Shown here: positions 9,148-19,177 of the stretch, one piece after another
How positions within the stretch are numbered: the first letter of the stretch is position 1
Layout of the letters: each line of letters starts with the position of its first letter
From: Patescibacteria group bacterium
GTDB lineage: Bacteria; Patescibacteriota; Doudnabacteria; UBA920
DNA: 64,000 bases
Direction: 5' to 3'
Assembly: GCA_023484515.1 (NCBI GenBank)
Contig: JAMDAY010000028.1
Location: 2,544 to 66,543, forward strand
Notes under the pieces: model-generated
Seen by the model: only the letters and a program-made list of their open reading frames with translations
Told to the model about the DNA's origin: nothing
Databases searched by the model: none
Translations under genes and position numbers: made by a program

Positions 9148-12030
9148 ATGAAAAAATATTTTATACTATTATTTTTTCTTTTATTGTTTTATTTCCCCAA
9201 AATAACCCATGCAGGAGTGGTTTTAGATACCACTTATGACCCTGTTTCCAACAACTATTGTTTAGACGACGACGGAAATAATATCCATTGCATTTTATAT
9301 GCTTACCGCTTTGATACTGGCCAAGGATACCCTATTCATTCCACCGGGAAACTGGAAAGCATTACCTTAAAGGTTGACTTAATCGGGTTTCCCCTTTTTG
9401 AACCGGAATACGCTAATCGTTATGTGGGAATTAGAATTGACGGTTCAAAAACGTTTTTTCACCGCTGCTATAGCAGGGACATGACTTATGGCGAGATATA
9501 TGCCCGTAATAATTCGTGGGTGGAAGTGACTTTTTATTGCGATCCCAATGACACAATAAATTTTGCCGAAGAAAAACTTGGGGTTATTTATGCCAACGAA
9601 GTTTCCCATCTTCATTTTGCCTTAACCACCCACGATTTAATTACTCCCACTACGCCTCCTTACGGAAATTGCCTTACTGACTATGCCAGCGAATATTACC
9701 ACGAGCCTCCAATTACGGACCGCGATCTTTGGATGAAAATTACTGACACGCCGCAGCAGCCTGCAAAAAACCCGGTATTGCTTATTCCGGGGATAATGGG
9801 CACGGAAATTTATAAAGGATCGGAAAAACTATGGCCAGATGTTAATAGGATGTTTTATTCATCTAGCGATGATTTTTTAAATCCTTTGTCTCTAAACGAT
9901 GGAGGTGTTCCTATATATACAGATGTGGTTTTAGGGGATATTGTAGGAAAGCCTAATACTCTTTTTGATTATAGTCAAGGGTTAATCAACGACCTCAAAT
10001 CCCAATCCTACACCGAAAACCAGACGCTTTTTACTTTTCCTTATGACTGGCGCAAGGAGTTGGGGAGCGTGGCGAACAATGAGCTAAAAAATAAGATTGA
10101 CGAAGTTTTAAATACTGCGTCATCGGCAAAGGTGGACGTTATTGCGCATAGCCAGGGCGGGCTGCTTATTAAGAAGCTGTTATACGACCACCCGGAATAT
10201 CAGGAAAAAATTAACAAAATCATTTTTGTGGGAGTGCCGAATTTGGGAGCGCCAAAAGCGGCCAAGGCCCTGCTTTACGGCGACAGCATGGACATTAGCT
10301 TTTTGGGGATGGGCTTAAACCCCGAAGAGATAAAATTTTTGGCGCACAATATGCCTTCGGTTTACGAATTGCTGCCAAGCGGGGAATATTTTAACCATTC
10401 CGGCGGCTACCTGGGAGCTGCCCAGCCGGCCTGGGTTTCTTTGCTGGATACGGGTAATGTATTTAATTACGAAGCCACCAACCAATATTTAACCGCCCAA
10501 AATTTGAATAACAATTTAATTGTCCAGGCGGCAAATTTTCACCAGCCCGATTACGACAACTTAAGTTTTTCCGGCAGCGGCATTAAAACTTACAATATTG
10601 TAGGCTGCCAGCAGCCGTCGCTGAGCGCGGTTTTGGACCGCGGCAAGGAAAGTCCCCTGTTAAGATACGGTCCGGGCGACGGCACGGTGCCGGTATTTTC
10701 GGCCAGCAATATTCCGGGCGCAACCACTTTTTATGCGTTAAATTCCAACCACGGGGAAATGCTTTCGCAAGAAGGCATCCGCCAGCAAATAGTAAGTTTA
10801 ATTGCCGGCAGCGGGTTGCCGGCCCAAAACGGCATTACAGCCGTCCAGACCGACTGCCGTTTTAACGGCCGCCAAATTTCCGTGCACAGCCCGGTAAATA
10901 TGCATATTTACGATGAAAGCCAAAACCACGTCGGGCTGGACAGCGAAGGGCAAATGGAAATTAACATTCCCGGCGTGCAGTTTGACGCTGTCGGCCACGA
11001 CCAGTATGCCTTTTTGCCCGAAGGCCATTCCTATACGGTAAAGTTGGCGGCTATTGGCAGCGGCAGCTTTGATTTTTATTCCACAATAATCCAAGACAGC
11101 CGGGAAGCTGGCACGGCTTTTTACCATAATATTCCGGTAGCAAGCTCTTCTTTGGCGGAAATTGCGCTGAATGCGGAAAATGACCAAAAAATTTTGTTGG
11201 ATGCAAGCGGCGACGGCGAGGCGAAAACGGAATACGGCCCTTCGGCCAGTTTGGACAGCGAACAAATGCTGGACATAACCGCGCCCGAAACAACCGTTTC
11301 CTTAAGCGGCCAGGCCGGCAAGGAGAACTATTTCCGGAGCAATGTTTCCGTAACTTTGTCCGCGGAAGACCCGGTTGTGTCCGGCAGGGCAAGCCAGGCG
11401 TCAGGGGTTTTGGAAACGGAATACAGCCTTGACTCCGGCCCGGGCTTCCAGGTTTACGCTGCCGGATCTCCCATAGTTGTGGGCAGCGAAGGCAAACACA
11501 AAATAGAATACTATTCCGTGGACAAGGCCGGCAACCGCGAAGAAACAAAAACTTTGGAATTTGTAATAGACAAGACCGCGCCCGAAGCGGTTATGCAATT
11601 TAATTACGACGCCAAAGATTTAATCGTATCCGGGCAAGACAGTCTTTCCTTGCCGGTTGACGCGGTTGACAGCGGCAACAGCGTTACTTTGTCCGACCAG
11701 GCGGGCAATGTTACTATTATTAAATTCAAAGAAAATGACAGGAAGCGCGCGCTTAGCGCGGAAATTGCGGCCATAACTTACAACGGCCGGCCTGCGGATA
11801 TAAGTAAAAACAAACTGGCCTTCTCCTGGAGCCTGGACAAGCAGGGGAATTTAAAACTGTTATCCCAGGACGCCAGGTCAATAAAAGATTTTAACGTGTC
11901 AGCAGTTTATAACGGCAAGCAGACAATAATTAAAGGCAGGGACGAAACCGGAAAAATTAACATTAAGTTTGGTTATCCTGTTTTCTTAAAGGTATTTACC
12001 CGGCAGGGCAGCCTGGGGTGGCAATATTAA
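9148..12030 (+). CDS. secreted alpha/beta-hydrolase (lipase/LCAT-like) with C-terminal beta-rich domains
   Basis: Signal peptide present. VLLIPGIMGTEIY motif and nucleophile elbow AHSQGG are present. Confidence 0.6.
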   Translation: MKKYFILLFFLLLFYFPKITHAGVVLDTTYDPVSNNYCLDDDGNNIHCILYAYRFDTGQGYPIHSTGKLESITLKVDLIGFPLFEPEYANRYVGIRIDGSKTFFHRCYSRDMTYGEIYARNNSWVEVTFYCDPNDTINFAEEKLGVIYANEVSHLHFALTTHDLITPTTPPYGNCLTDYASEYYHEPPITDRDLWMKITDTPQQPAKNPVLLIPGIMGTEIYKGSEKLWPDVNRMFYSSSDDFLNPLSLNDGGVPIYTDVVLGDIVGKPNTLFDYSQGLINDLKSQSYTENQTLFTFPYDWRKELGSVANNELKNKIDEVLNTASSAKVDVIAHSQGGLLIKKLLYDHPEYQEKINKIIFVGVPNLGAPKAAKALLYGDSMDISFLGMGLNPEEIKFLAHNMPSVYELLPSGEYFNHSGGYLGAAQPAWVSLLDTGNVFNYEATNQYLTAQNLNNNLIVQAANFHQPDYDNLSFSGSGIKTYNIVGCQQPSLSAVLDRGKESPLLRYGPGDGTVPVFSASNIPGATTFYALNSNHGEMLSQEGIRQQIVSLIAGSGLPAQNGITAVQTDCRFNGRQISVHSPVNMHIYDESQNHVGLDSEGQMEINIPGVQFDAVGHDQYAFLPEGHSYTVKLAAIGSGSFDFYSTIIQDSREAGTAFYHNIPVASSSLAEIALNAENDQKILLDASGDGEAKTEYGPSASLDSEQMLDITAPETTVSLSGQAGKENYFRSNVSVTLSAEDPVVSGRASQASGVLETEYSLDSGPGFQVYAAGSPIVVGSEGKHKIEYYSVDKAGNREETKTLEFVIDKTAPEAVMQFNYDAKDLIVSGQDSLSLPVDAVDSGNSVTLSDQAGNVTIIKFKENDRKRALSAEIAAITYNGRPADISKNKLAFSWSLDKQGNLKLLSQDARSIKDFNVSAVYNGKQTIIKGRDETGKINIKFGYPVFLKVFTRQGSLGWQY

Positions 12031-12060
12031 AATATTTCCAAGCGGTTTAAAAATAAATTT

Positions 12061-12085
12061 TCCCCTTTTACGGGGATTTTATTTT
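12061..12085 (+). terminator. short GC hairpin ccccttttacgggg followed by a T-run
   Basis: Lies directly after the hydrolase gene. Confidence 0.35.
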
Positions 12086-12256
12086 GGCTAAAGATAAAAA
12101 CCTTTTTACATAAGCGGGCAAGCTGTAAGTCCTAATGGCAAAAAAAGTCTTATACGTATGGAAAACAGAATGGTTTGGGCAGGCTGCGGCGGTTGTAAAT
12201 TAAAACCGTTTTTTAAAACGTCCGGAAACTAATAAATTAAAGGTCGAAACAATTTA

Positions 12257-12475
12257 TTGTCAATTAATATACAAAGGAGAAAATTTATTATGTGGCAACA
12301 ATGGTTAAACGGAATATTGGGCATCTGGGTAATTGTCGCGGCTTGGAGTTATATGTCATCCGGAACCGGTAGAACTTTGCTGATTATTACCGGAATAGTG
12401 GTGGCAATTTTGGGTTTCTGGGGCGCGTCTATGTCTCCAACCTATCGCGGCAGCAGCAGGCCGGGACAAATGTAA
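12257..12475 (+). CDS. small two-helix membrane protein
   Basis: 72 aa. Has a GxxxG-like hydrophobic segment. A terminator follows. Confidence 0.45.
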   Translation: MSINIQRRKFIMWQQWLNGILGIWVIVAAWSYMSSGTGRTLLIITGIVVAILGFWGASMSPTYRGSSRPGQM

Positions 12476-12493
12476 TTGGGTTTGCTTCTTAGT

Positions 12494-12528
12494 AACCGCT
12501 TCGGTTTTTGCCGAAGCGGTTATTTTGA
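12494..12528 (+). terminator. hairpin ccgcttcgg/ccgaagcgg followed by ttattttg
   Basis: 9-bp perfect stem with a T-run. Confidence 0.6.
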
Positions 12529-12536
12529 CGCAAATT

Positions 12537-12565
12537 TAAACAGCCCTTATTGCAAGGGCTGTTTG
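12537..12565 (-). terminator. hairpin acagccctt/aagggctgt terminating rpsT
   Basis: 9-bp stem. The minus strand is T-rich after it. It forms a convergent terminator pair with the previous hairpin. Confidence 0.6.
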
Positions 12566-12579
12566 GAAATTTTGATATA

Positions 12580-12843
12580 TTATGCCAATTTGGCAATAGC
12601 CTTGGCCAGGCGGGACTTTTTCCGGGATGCGGTATTTTTTTTGATGGTCTTGGTCTTGGTCGCTTTGTCCAGGGCGGACATGGCCGCCTTTAAGGCCTGG
12701 GCCGCTTCGCTCTTTTTGCCAGCGGTGATCAGCTTGCGCGTTTCTTTAATGGCGTCTTTGAACTTATTTTTAACTTTTAAGTTCCTGGCGCGGCGGCGCA
12801 GCGATTGCCTCATGGCCTTGGCCGCAGATTTAGTGTTGGGCAT
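12580..12843 (-). CDS. rpsT: 30S ribosomal protein S20
   Basis: MPNTKSAAKAMRQSLRRRARN...KKSRLAKAIAKLA matches the characteristic S20 sequence. Confidence 0.9.
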   Translation of the reverse strand: MPNTKSAAKAMRQSLRRRARNLKVKNKFKDAIKETRKLITAGKKSEAAQALKAAMSALDKATKTKTIKKNTASRKKSRLAKAIAKLA

Positions 12844-13022
12844 ACAGTAATTTAAGGATTTAATGATTGAAAATTGAAAGATTATGACACGGTTCCCGTA
12901 AAAATACAGCAGCCATTTTAGCGGGATAAGGTGATTTTACCAAAGATGGCGGAAAAGGGCAAGGGCCGCAAGTTTTAGTTCTATTTTTTAAAATTTGATT
13001 AATATCAAAATTTGGAAAAAAG

Positions 13023-13046
13023 AGGGGAGAGGTGCGAGTCTCCCCT
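13023..13046 (-). terminator. hairpin aggggaga/tctcccct overlapping the stop codon, followed by A6 on plus (T6 on minus)
   Basis: 8-bp stem read directly from the sequence. Confidence 0.5.
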
Positions 13047-13638
13047 AGAAGGTGCATGCAACACCTAGGCCCCCAGTTTGCACCTGTTTGCCGAAGTTGT
13101 ATTCGGCAAAGACAAGGAACTTGCCTTTGGGGATGGCAATACCAATTGGCCAGTTGTGCACCACGCCAGGCGGAGTGAACAGCTTATCCGCGGCATGCCC
13201 AAGCGGTACTGTGGCGCTATAGCCGCCGTAGAGCGTTGCCGCATGGAAATCGTGGCTGACAACTCCGGCCACAAACCAGATGGCCGCGGCTGCATCTTTC
13301 CGGCGGTTGAGCGGCGTACTCACCGTTTGGAACGTTGAGATATTCATCAGCTTGGTTTTAAGCAGATTAATGTTTGCTCCGCCGGAAATGGCCGTTTGCG
13401 CCTGGCCGAGCGCCGTGGTTTCGCTGACGCCGCCGAATACGTCGATCCGGTCGGTTACTCCACGCCACACCTGGGCCGTGGAAAACGTCTGCGTGGTGAA
13501 ATCTTTCACCATGAGCGCGTTAGCCGAAACGAAGGCCGCGGTTTTACCCTTACCCATGGTGTCTGCAGTTATCAGAGTTTGGGCGTTGGCTAACATCGTC
13601 AGAGCCAGAAGTACCATCGTCGCGGTAAAGGTTTTCAT
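13045..13638 (-). CDS. secreted beta-rich protein, possibly a small outer-membrane beta-barrel (ends in F)
   Basis: Signal peptide MKTFTATMVLLALTMLANAQ. Alternating hydrophobic pattern. C-terminal ...GVACTF. GC is higher than the surroundings. Confidence 0.4.
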   Translation of the reverse strand: MKTFTATMVLLALTMLANAQTLITADTMGKGKTAAFVSANALMVKDFTTQTFSTAQVWRGVTDRIDVFGGVSETTALGQAQTAISGGANINLLKTKLMNISTFQTVSTPLNRRKDAAAAIWFVAGVVSHDFHAATLYGGYSATVPLGHAADKLFTPPGVVHNWPIGIAIPKGKFLVFAEYNFGKQVQTGGLGVACTF

Positions 13639-13830
13639 AAGCCCCTCCTTTTAGAGACTGTTAAAACGTTGTTCGTTTTAACTGATAACTATACCATAAA
13701 TAATAAGGATAGTCAATAATTGTGACTAGGAAGTATGTGCAAATTAGCCTTTTTGTAGAGGAATTTAGCAGTAATACAATAATTTGTCAGAAAAATTGAC
13801 AAAATAGGAAAATAGGAATATAATTAGATT

Positions 13831-14598
13831 ATGGAAATAAGCGAAGTATTGAACCAAGTTGGCCTAAATAACAAAGAAACCCAAGTTTATTTGGGTTTAT
13901 TAGAACTGGGGACTGCCAGCGTGCAGTTAATCGCGCAAAAAGCGGGGATTAAGCGCCCAACTACATATTTGATATTGGACGATCTGCAGCGCAAAGGTTT
14001 GGTAAGTGTTGTGCCTCGCGCCAAGAAAGCTCTTTATACGGCTGAATCGCCACAGAAGATTTTGCACGACCTGCACCACAAACAAGAATTGGCAAAAAGA
14101 TTTTTACCGAACATGATGGCTTTGTATAATGCCAAGATAGACAAGCCGCAGGTGTTATTGTTTGAAGGCAGGGATGCGGTGCGCGAGGTCTACAAAAAAA
14201 TTTTAAAGGCCAAAGAAGTGGATTTTTTTTCCACTATCCGCGACATTATTTCCGCTTATCCCGATTACCCGAAACTTTTAAACCAAAAAGCCATGCAGGG
14301 TTCGGTCAAAGTGAGAGAGCTGCTGACAAGGAGCGAGGCGGATATTGTTTATGCTAATAGTATGGACCATGGCCAAAATTTTTTGCAAAGATTCACCCCG
14401 AGTCAAGGAGAATTTTTGACGGATAATTGCCTATATGATGGAAACGCGGTATTTTTTTCTTATCAACCTTACATTTTCGCGGTCCAAATCGCCAGCCAGG
14501 GGATATACAAGTCCTTAAGGAATCTTTTTGAATATGCCTGGCAGGCGGCGGAACCTTTTGAAAAACTTTTTTCTAAAGGTAAAACCGCCCTGGTATAG
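13831..14598 (+). CDS. TrmB-family transcriptional regulator
   Basis: N-terminal winged HTH: LNNKETQVYLGLLELGTASVQLIAQKAGIKRPTTYLILDDLQRKGLV. Confidence 0.7.
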   Translation: MEISEVLNQVGLNNKETQVYLGLLELGTASVQLIAQKAGIKRPTTYLILDDLQRKGLVSVVPRAKKALYTAESPQKILHDLHHKQELAKRFLPNMMALYNAKIDKPQVLLFEGRDAVREVYKKILKAKEVDFFSTIRDIISAYPDYPKLLNQKAMQGSVKVRELLTRSEADIVYANSMDHGQNFLQRFTPSQGEFLTDNCLYDGNAVFFSYQPYIFAVQIASQGIYKSLRNLFEYAWQAAEPFEKLFSKGKTALV

Positions 14599-14651
14599 GG
14601 CGGATAAGCCGGTTTTGGCTTTTACGTCAAAGGTTTTATAATAAGGACATT

Positions 14652-16766
14652 TTATTTTTTCCGTAGCTTTCGGATTTTTTTTACTTCGTTTAGACGGTCG
14701 CGAAGTTTGGCGGCCAGCTCAAATTCCAAATTTTTGGCGGCCAGGTCCATTTGTTCCCCCAGTTCTTCCAAGTAGAGCTTAAGTTCCTGGGCGTCCATTT
14801 TTAAAGGATCTATGCTGCCGGAAGACCGGACAGCATCCGCCTCCATACCCTTGGCTCCAGCCAGCCGGGTATCGGCAATGGCTTTTTTTATGGTTTGCGG
14901 AGTTATGCCGTGTTGTTTGTTATAAGCTTCCTGAAGCTTGCGGCGGCGGTTGGTTTCGTTTATGGCGCGATCCATGGAGCCGGTCTTTTTGTCCGCATAC
15001 ATAATAACGTGGCCGCGGACATGCCTGGCTGCGCGGCCCATCATTTGCATGAAAAAAGTTTCCGACCTTAAAAACCCTTCCTTGTCCGCATCCAAAATGG
15101 CCACCAGCGAAACCTCGGGCAAATCCAGGCCCTCGCGCAGCAAATTTATCCCCACCAGCACGTCGTAAACTCCCAAGCGCAAGTCGCGCAAGGTTTCCAA
15201 ACGTTCAAATGTGTCAACGTCGCTGTGCACGTAATGCACTTTTATGCCTTCTTCGTTCAGGTATTCGCTTAGTTCTTCGGCCATGCGCTTGGTCAGCGTG
15301 GCCGCTAATATCCTTTCATGGTTTTTTATCCGCCCGTTAATTTGTTCTATTAAGTCATCCACCTGGTTTTTAATGGGTTTGATTTCTATGGTCGGGTCAA
15401 GCAGGCCGGTAGGGCGGATAATCTGTTCTATGATGGAAGGGGGATTTAATGGTTTTGTAGGGGCCGCCTTTAGGCGCCCGCTATCATCGGACGGGCGGCT
15501 AAAGCTCGCCCCTACATTTTTCAACAATCGCTTTGGCCGAAAGTTCGCTTTTTGGGCAAGGGACGATTCAATTTCAAATTTGGCCGGCGTGGCGGAAACA
15601 AACACGGCTTGGGTTATTTTTTTTTCAAACTCGGCAAACTTTAACGGCCGGTTGTCCAGGGCGCTGGGCAGGCGGAAGCCGTAATCCACCAGCGTGGTTT
15701 TGCGCGACTTGTCGCCTTCGTACATGGCGCCAATCTGCGGCACGCTCTGGTGGGATTCGTCCAAAAACAGCAAAAAGTCGTCCGGAAAATAATCTATCAG
15801 GGTGGAAGGCGGTTCGCCCGGCGCGCGGCCGTCCAAATGCCGGGAATAATTTTCTATCCCCGCGACAAAACCGGTATTGGCCAGCATTTCCAAGTCAAAA
15901 TTCGTGCGCTGCTCCAGGCGCTGGGCTTCCAAAAGTTTGCCTTGGCTTTTAAGCTCCTTAAGCCTTTGGACCAGTTCCTGCCGAATGCTTTCCATTGCGG
16001 TTTGCAGTTTTTCTTCGGGCGTCACGAAATGCTTGGCCGGGAAAATGGTAAATTTTTCCAAGTCTTCCAGTTTCTCGTTGGTCAGGGCGTCCAGGCGCTC
16101 AATTTTCTCCACTTGGTCGCCAAAAAAATCCAGGCGGATAACCGTGTCCTCGGAAGACAAAATCAGCTCCACCACGTCGCCTTGGGCGCGGTAAGTTCCT
16201 CTTTGCAGATCCAGGTCATTGCGGTGGTATTGCAAGTCAGTCAGGCGGCGCAGCAGCTTGTCGCGCTTTACGGTTTCGCCGCGCTTAATTTCCATGGACA
16301 GGTCCAAATAGTCCGCCGGGTTGCCCAGGCCGTAAATGCAGGAAACGGACGCGCAAATTATCACGTCGCGCCGCGACAGCAGGGACTGCGTGGCCGCGTT
16401 GCGCAGGCGGTCAATTTCCTCGTTAATTTGCGTTTCCTTCTCTATATAAGTGTCGGTCCGGGGAATGTAAGCTTCGGGCTGGTAGTAATCGTAATACGAC
16501 ACAAAGTAGTGGACCGCGTTATTTGGGAAAAACTCCTGGAATTCGGCAGCGAGCTGCGCGGCCAAAGTCTTGTTGTGGGAAATAACCAAAGCCGGGCGCT
16601 GCAATTTTTGCACCACGTTGGCCATGGTAAAAGTCTTGCCTGAGCCGGTTACGCCCAAAAGCGTCTGGTATTTGCGGCCGGTTTGCAGGGATTTAATTAA
16701 GCCTTCTATCGCCCGGGGCTGGTCCCCGGCGGGTTGGAATTTGGATTTAAGCTTAAATTGGTTCAT
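14652..16766 (-). CDS. uvrB: excinuclease ABC subunit B, carrying an in-frame 60-bp REP-like insertion
   Basis: GVTGSGKTF Walker [11 protein letters not shown] and a C-terminal UvrB/UvrC interaction helix are present. The extra segment [23 protein letters not shown] is encoded by the palindrome at 15458-15517. Confidence 0.95.
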   Translation of the reverse strand: MNQFKLKSKFQPAGDQPRAIEGLIKSLQTGRKYQTLLGVTGSGKTFTMANVVQKLQRPALVISHNKTLAAQLAAEFQEFFPNNAVHYFVSYYDYYQPEAYIPRTDTYIEKETQINEEIDRLRNAATQSLLSRRDVIICASVSCIYGLGNPADYLDLSMEIKRGETVKRDKLLRRLTDLQYHRNDLDLQRGTYRAQGDVVELILSSEDTVIRLDFFGDQVEKIERLDALTNEKLEDLEKFTIFPAKHFVTPEEKLQTAMESIRQELVQRLKELKSQGKLLEAQRLEQRTNFDLEMLANTGFVAGIENYSRHLDGRAPGEPPSTLIDYFPDDFLLFLDESHQSVPQIGAMYEGDKSRKTTLVDYGFRLPSALDNRPLKFAEFEKKITQAVFVSATPAKFEIESSLAQKANFRPKRLLKNVGASFSRPSDDSGRLKAAPTKPLNPPSIIEQIIRPTGLLDPTIEIKPIKNQVDDLIEQINGRIKNHERILAATLTKRMAEELSEYLNEEGIKVHYVHSDVDTFERLETLRDLRLGVYDVLVGINLLREGLDLPEVSLVAILDADKEGFLRSETFFMQMMGRAARHVRGHVIMYADKKTGSMDRAINETNRRRKLQEAYNKQHGITPQTIKKAIADTRLAGAKGMEADAVRSSGSIDPLKMDAQELKLYLEELGEQMDLAAKNLEFELAAKLRDRLNEVKKIRKLRKK
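15458..15517. repeat. REP-like GTAG-headed palindrome (TGTAGGGG...CCCCTACA), in frame inside uvrB
   Basis: tgtaggggccgcctttaggcgcccg...cgggcggctaaagctcgcccctaca. Closely similar to the copy at 21990-22046. Confidence 0.8.
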
Positions 16767-17122
16767 GTGTTATATTATAGGACGAATAGGGGGCATTGGG
16801 ACAAATAAGGCCTATGGGCCATCTTTTATCATAACAAAATTTTTTGGGTTTTGTCCACAATCTTAAAACTGCCCGCTTAACACGGATAGCAGGTTGTTTA
16901 AAATAAAAAAACGGGCCAGTCACGTTCTGGCCCAAGATCCAAGTGGAGGTAGGATGGGATAAGAGGGTCGGCAGGTTGGCCGGTTAAGGCCTGGCTACGA
17001 AATGCGTGAGACGAGCGTTGCTTTCCCGGTAAGGAAAGCCGTGTTCGTAATTTTCGTAGCACCCGGCGGGCTTTTATACCGCCAAGTTCCTGCCATAAAG
17101 TATAAATCCTCATTAAGATTGT

Positions 17123-17198
17123 TGGGGGAGCCGGAAGGAGTTGAACCTTCGACCTCCTGCTTGCAAAGCAGGCGCTCTGCCGTCTGAGCTACGGCCCC
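17123..17198 (-). tRNA. tRNA-Ala (anticodon UGC), CCA encoded
   Basis: The reverse complement folds as GGGGCCG-UA-GCUCAGACGG...CUGCUUUGCAAGCAG...GAAGGUUCAACUCCUUC-CGGCUCC-(N)CCA. G3:U70 is present. The anticodon loop is UUUGCAA. Confidence 0.85.
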
Positions 17199-17296
17199 AA
17201 CCGAATGAGCGGGCAAAAAGCGCCCGAGCGCAACCACAAAGGGCGCAAATTTTGCCCGCTCCCATGTGAAGAAAAGCTTACAGGATTTTTTTGCCT

Positions 17297-17325
17297 TTGT
17301 CAATAATCCGGGGAATTGGTAGAAT
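17297..17325 (+). promoter_or_regulatory. sigma70-like promoter TTGTCA-17-TAGAAT upstream of ruvA
   Basis: Hexamers and spacing read directly from the sequence. Confidence 0.45.
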
Positions 17326-17382
17326 ATAGCTACAGAGATGCTCCGGTGTAAAGTCGGAGCCGTCCGTAGTTTTAGCAGATTT

Positions 17383-17943
17383 ATGATCGCATACCTAAAA
17401 GGCACAATTTTAGAAAAAGGCCCGGCCTATATTATCCTGGAAACCAATGGGATAGGATATAAGGTTTTTGTGACGCCGGAAATTTTGGAGGCTAAAATAG
17501 GGGAGGCCGTGTCCGCTTATGTTTACCATAAAGTCAGCGAAGACGGGCAGGCCTTGTTTGGCGTGCCGGATTTTAACACTTTGCAGCTTTTTGAATTATT
17601 GGTTACGGTTTCCGGCGTGGGGCCGAAAGTCGCGCTGGCAATACTTTCGGCTACCAGGGCGGAAACAGTCAGGCAAGCCATTGCCAACCAGGACCCCGCC
17701 GTATTTACCCGCGTGTCCGGAGTGGGGACCAAAACCGCAGAGAGGATTATTTTGGAGTTAAAAAACAAGATGGGGGCGCTGGAAGTTTCCGGCGGCATAG
17801 CCGCGTCCGGCGACGTGTTTGACGCGCTTATCGCCCTGGGCTATTCGCAAAAGGAAGTGCGCGAAGCTTTAAAGAAAATAGACGCCAATTTGCCCAGCCA
17901 GCAGCAGCTTAAGGAAGCGCTAAAGATGCTGGGAAAAGCGTAA
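17383..17943 (+). CDS. ruvA: Holliday junction DNA helicase RuvA
   Basis: MIAYLKGTILEK...LVTVSGVGPKVALAILS...RVSGVGTKTAERII (two HhH motifs). The start was chosen at the conserved MIAYLKG. Confidence 0.9.
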   Translation: MIAYLKGTILEKGPAYIILETNGIGYKVFVTPEILEAKIGEAVSAYVYHKVSEDGQALFGVPDFNTLQLFELLVTVSGVGPKVALAILSATRAETVRQAIANQDPAVFTRVSGVGTKTAERIILELKNKMGALEVSGGIAASGDVFDALIALGYSQKEVREALKKIDANLPSQQQLKEALKMLGKA

Positions 17944-17947
17944 GATT

Positions 17948-18120
17948 ACGGAATACGGATTGATACGGATAAAGGGTGAAGACGGCCTTCCGGGACCGGC
18001 CTTCTATAGTTAGGATGATGATAAACAATATCCAATAATTTAAAATCTGTTTGTCCCGGAAGGCCGTCTTCACTGCCAGAAAGGATCAAGCATTTTTCCG
18101 ATTCGTAATCCGTAAAGTTT
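17948..18120. repeat. palindromic non-coding cassette: ACGGAT-type repeats x3, 21-bp IR gtgaagacggccttccgggac, 57-bp spacer, matching IR, ATCCGT-type repeats x2
   Basis: The perfect 21-bp inverted repeats sit at 17976-17996 and 18054-18074. The hexamer arrays lie at both ends in opposite orientation. Confidence 0.7.
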
Positions 18121-18132
18121 ATCTGCTCATAT

Positions 18133-19158
18133 ATGAACCTTGTCCAGGCAACAGAAGAATACAGGAAAGAATACAACCACTTTGTTGCAATGCAGCCGAG
18201 TGGCAGTTTTTTGCAGTCCTGGGAATGGGGGCAGTGGCAGGAAGAATTGGGGAGGAAGGCGTTTCGGTATTTTATAGCAGGCAGCGATAACGATCACCGG
18301 AAAGCGGCGGGGGCGGTCCAGTTAATAAAGATGCCGCTGCCAACGGGAAAATATTATCTTTACGCGCCCTATGGGCCGGTAGGTAATTTAAGATTTAAGA
18401 TTGGAGATTTAAGACCTGCTTTGCAGGAATTGCGCAGAAAATTTCCAGAAGCGATTTTTTTTAGATTTGAGCCAAAGTCTGGAATTTGCAATCTGGAATC
18501 TGCAATCCCGACGGCCCATATTCAGCCGAATAAAACTTTAATTTTAGATTTAACCAAATCCAAAGATCAATTACTAAAAGAGATGCGCCCCAAGACGCGC
18601 TATAATATCCGCCTGGCGCAAAGGCACGGCGTGCAGGTTAAAGCGGATTTGGCGGTTACGCCGGGGCACGGGCTGTATTTGCGGGAATCGCTGGAATTAA
18701 TTTTGCAGACCAGCCGCAGGCAAAAATTTAAGACTTTTCCGGAAAGCTATTACCAGAATTTTTTAAATTTTTTCGGAATAAGGAATGGCCAAAGCGCGGT
18801 AAAAGTATATGTTTATAAAGCCTTGTATAACAAGGATCTGCTGGCTGCGGCAATCATGGTGGATTTCGGAAGAGTGAGAACTTATTTATTTGGAGGATCT
18901 TCTTCCAGCCGGCGCGAAGTCATGGCCCCGCATTTGCTGCACTACCAGGCTTTGGTTGATGCCAAAGCGGCCGGCCTGGAGCGGTACGATTTTTGGGGCC
19001 TGGACACGGCGCGGGAAAAAGACCCGGGTTTTGCGCGGTTCAAATTGGGGTTTGGCGGCCAAGTTTTGCAGTATCCCGGGGCTTATGATATAGTGCAGCG
19101 TAAGCTGCAATACGGAATGTATGAATTTTTCAGGAAGGTGAACAGGGCGGTTCACTAG
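18133..19158 (+). CDS. FemAB-family peptidoglycan interpeptide-bridge transferase-like protein
   Basis: About 340 aa. N-terminus ...FLQSWEWGQWQEELGRK is typical of FemAB/Lipid II:amino acid transferases. Confidence 0.6.
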   Translation: MNLVQATEEYRKEYNHFVAMQPSGSFLQSWEWGQWQEELGRKAFRYFIAGSDNDHRKAAGAVQLIKMPLPTGKYYLYAPYGPVGNLRFKIGDLRPALQELRRKFPEAIFFRFEPKSGICNLESAIPTAHIQPNKTLILDLTKSKDQLLKEMRPKTRYNIRLAQRHGVQVKADLAVTPGHGLYLRESLELILQTSRRQKFKTFPESYYQNFLNFFGIRNGQSAVKVYVYKALYNKDLLAAAIMVDFGRVRTYLFGGSSSSRREVMAPHLLHYQALVDAKAAGLERYDFWGLDTAREKDPGFARFKLGFGGQVLQYPGAYDIVQRKLQYGMYEFFRKVNRAVH

Positions 19159-19177
19159 CCTGACGCAATAAAGGGGG

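Noticed and set aside
13078-13654. Plus-strand ORFs 13078-13338, 13280-13654 and 13396-13593 opposite the beta-barrel gene
   Set aside because: The minus-strand ORF has the signal peptide and the coherent beta pattern. The plus-strand ones are Arg/Gly-rich frame artefacts.
16995-17405. 136-aa minus-strand ORF spanning the tRNA-Ala gene and the ruvA promoter
   Set aside because: It overlaps a confident tRNA and promoter and has no protein-like composition.
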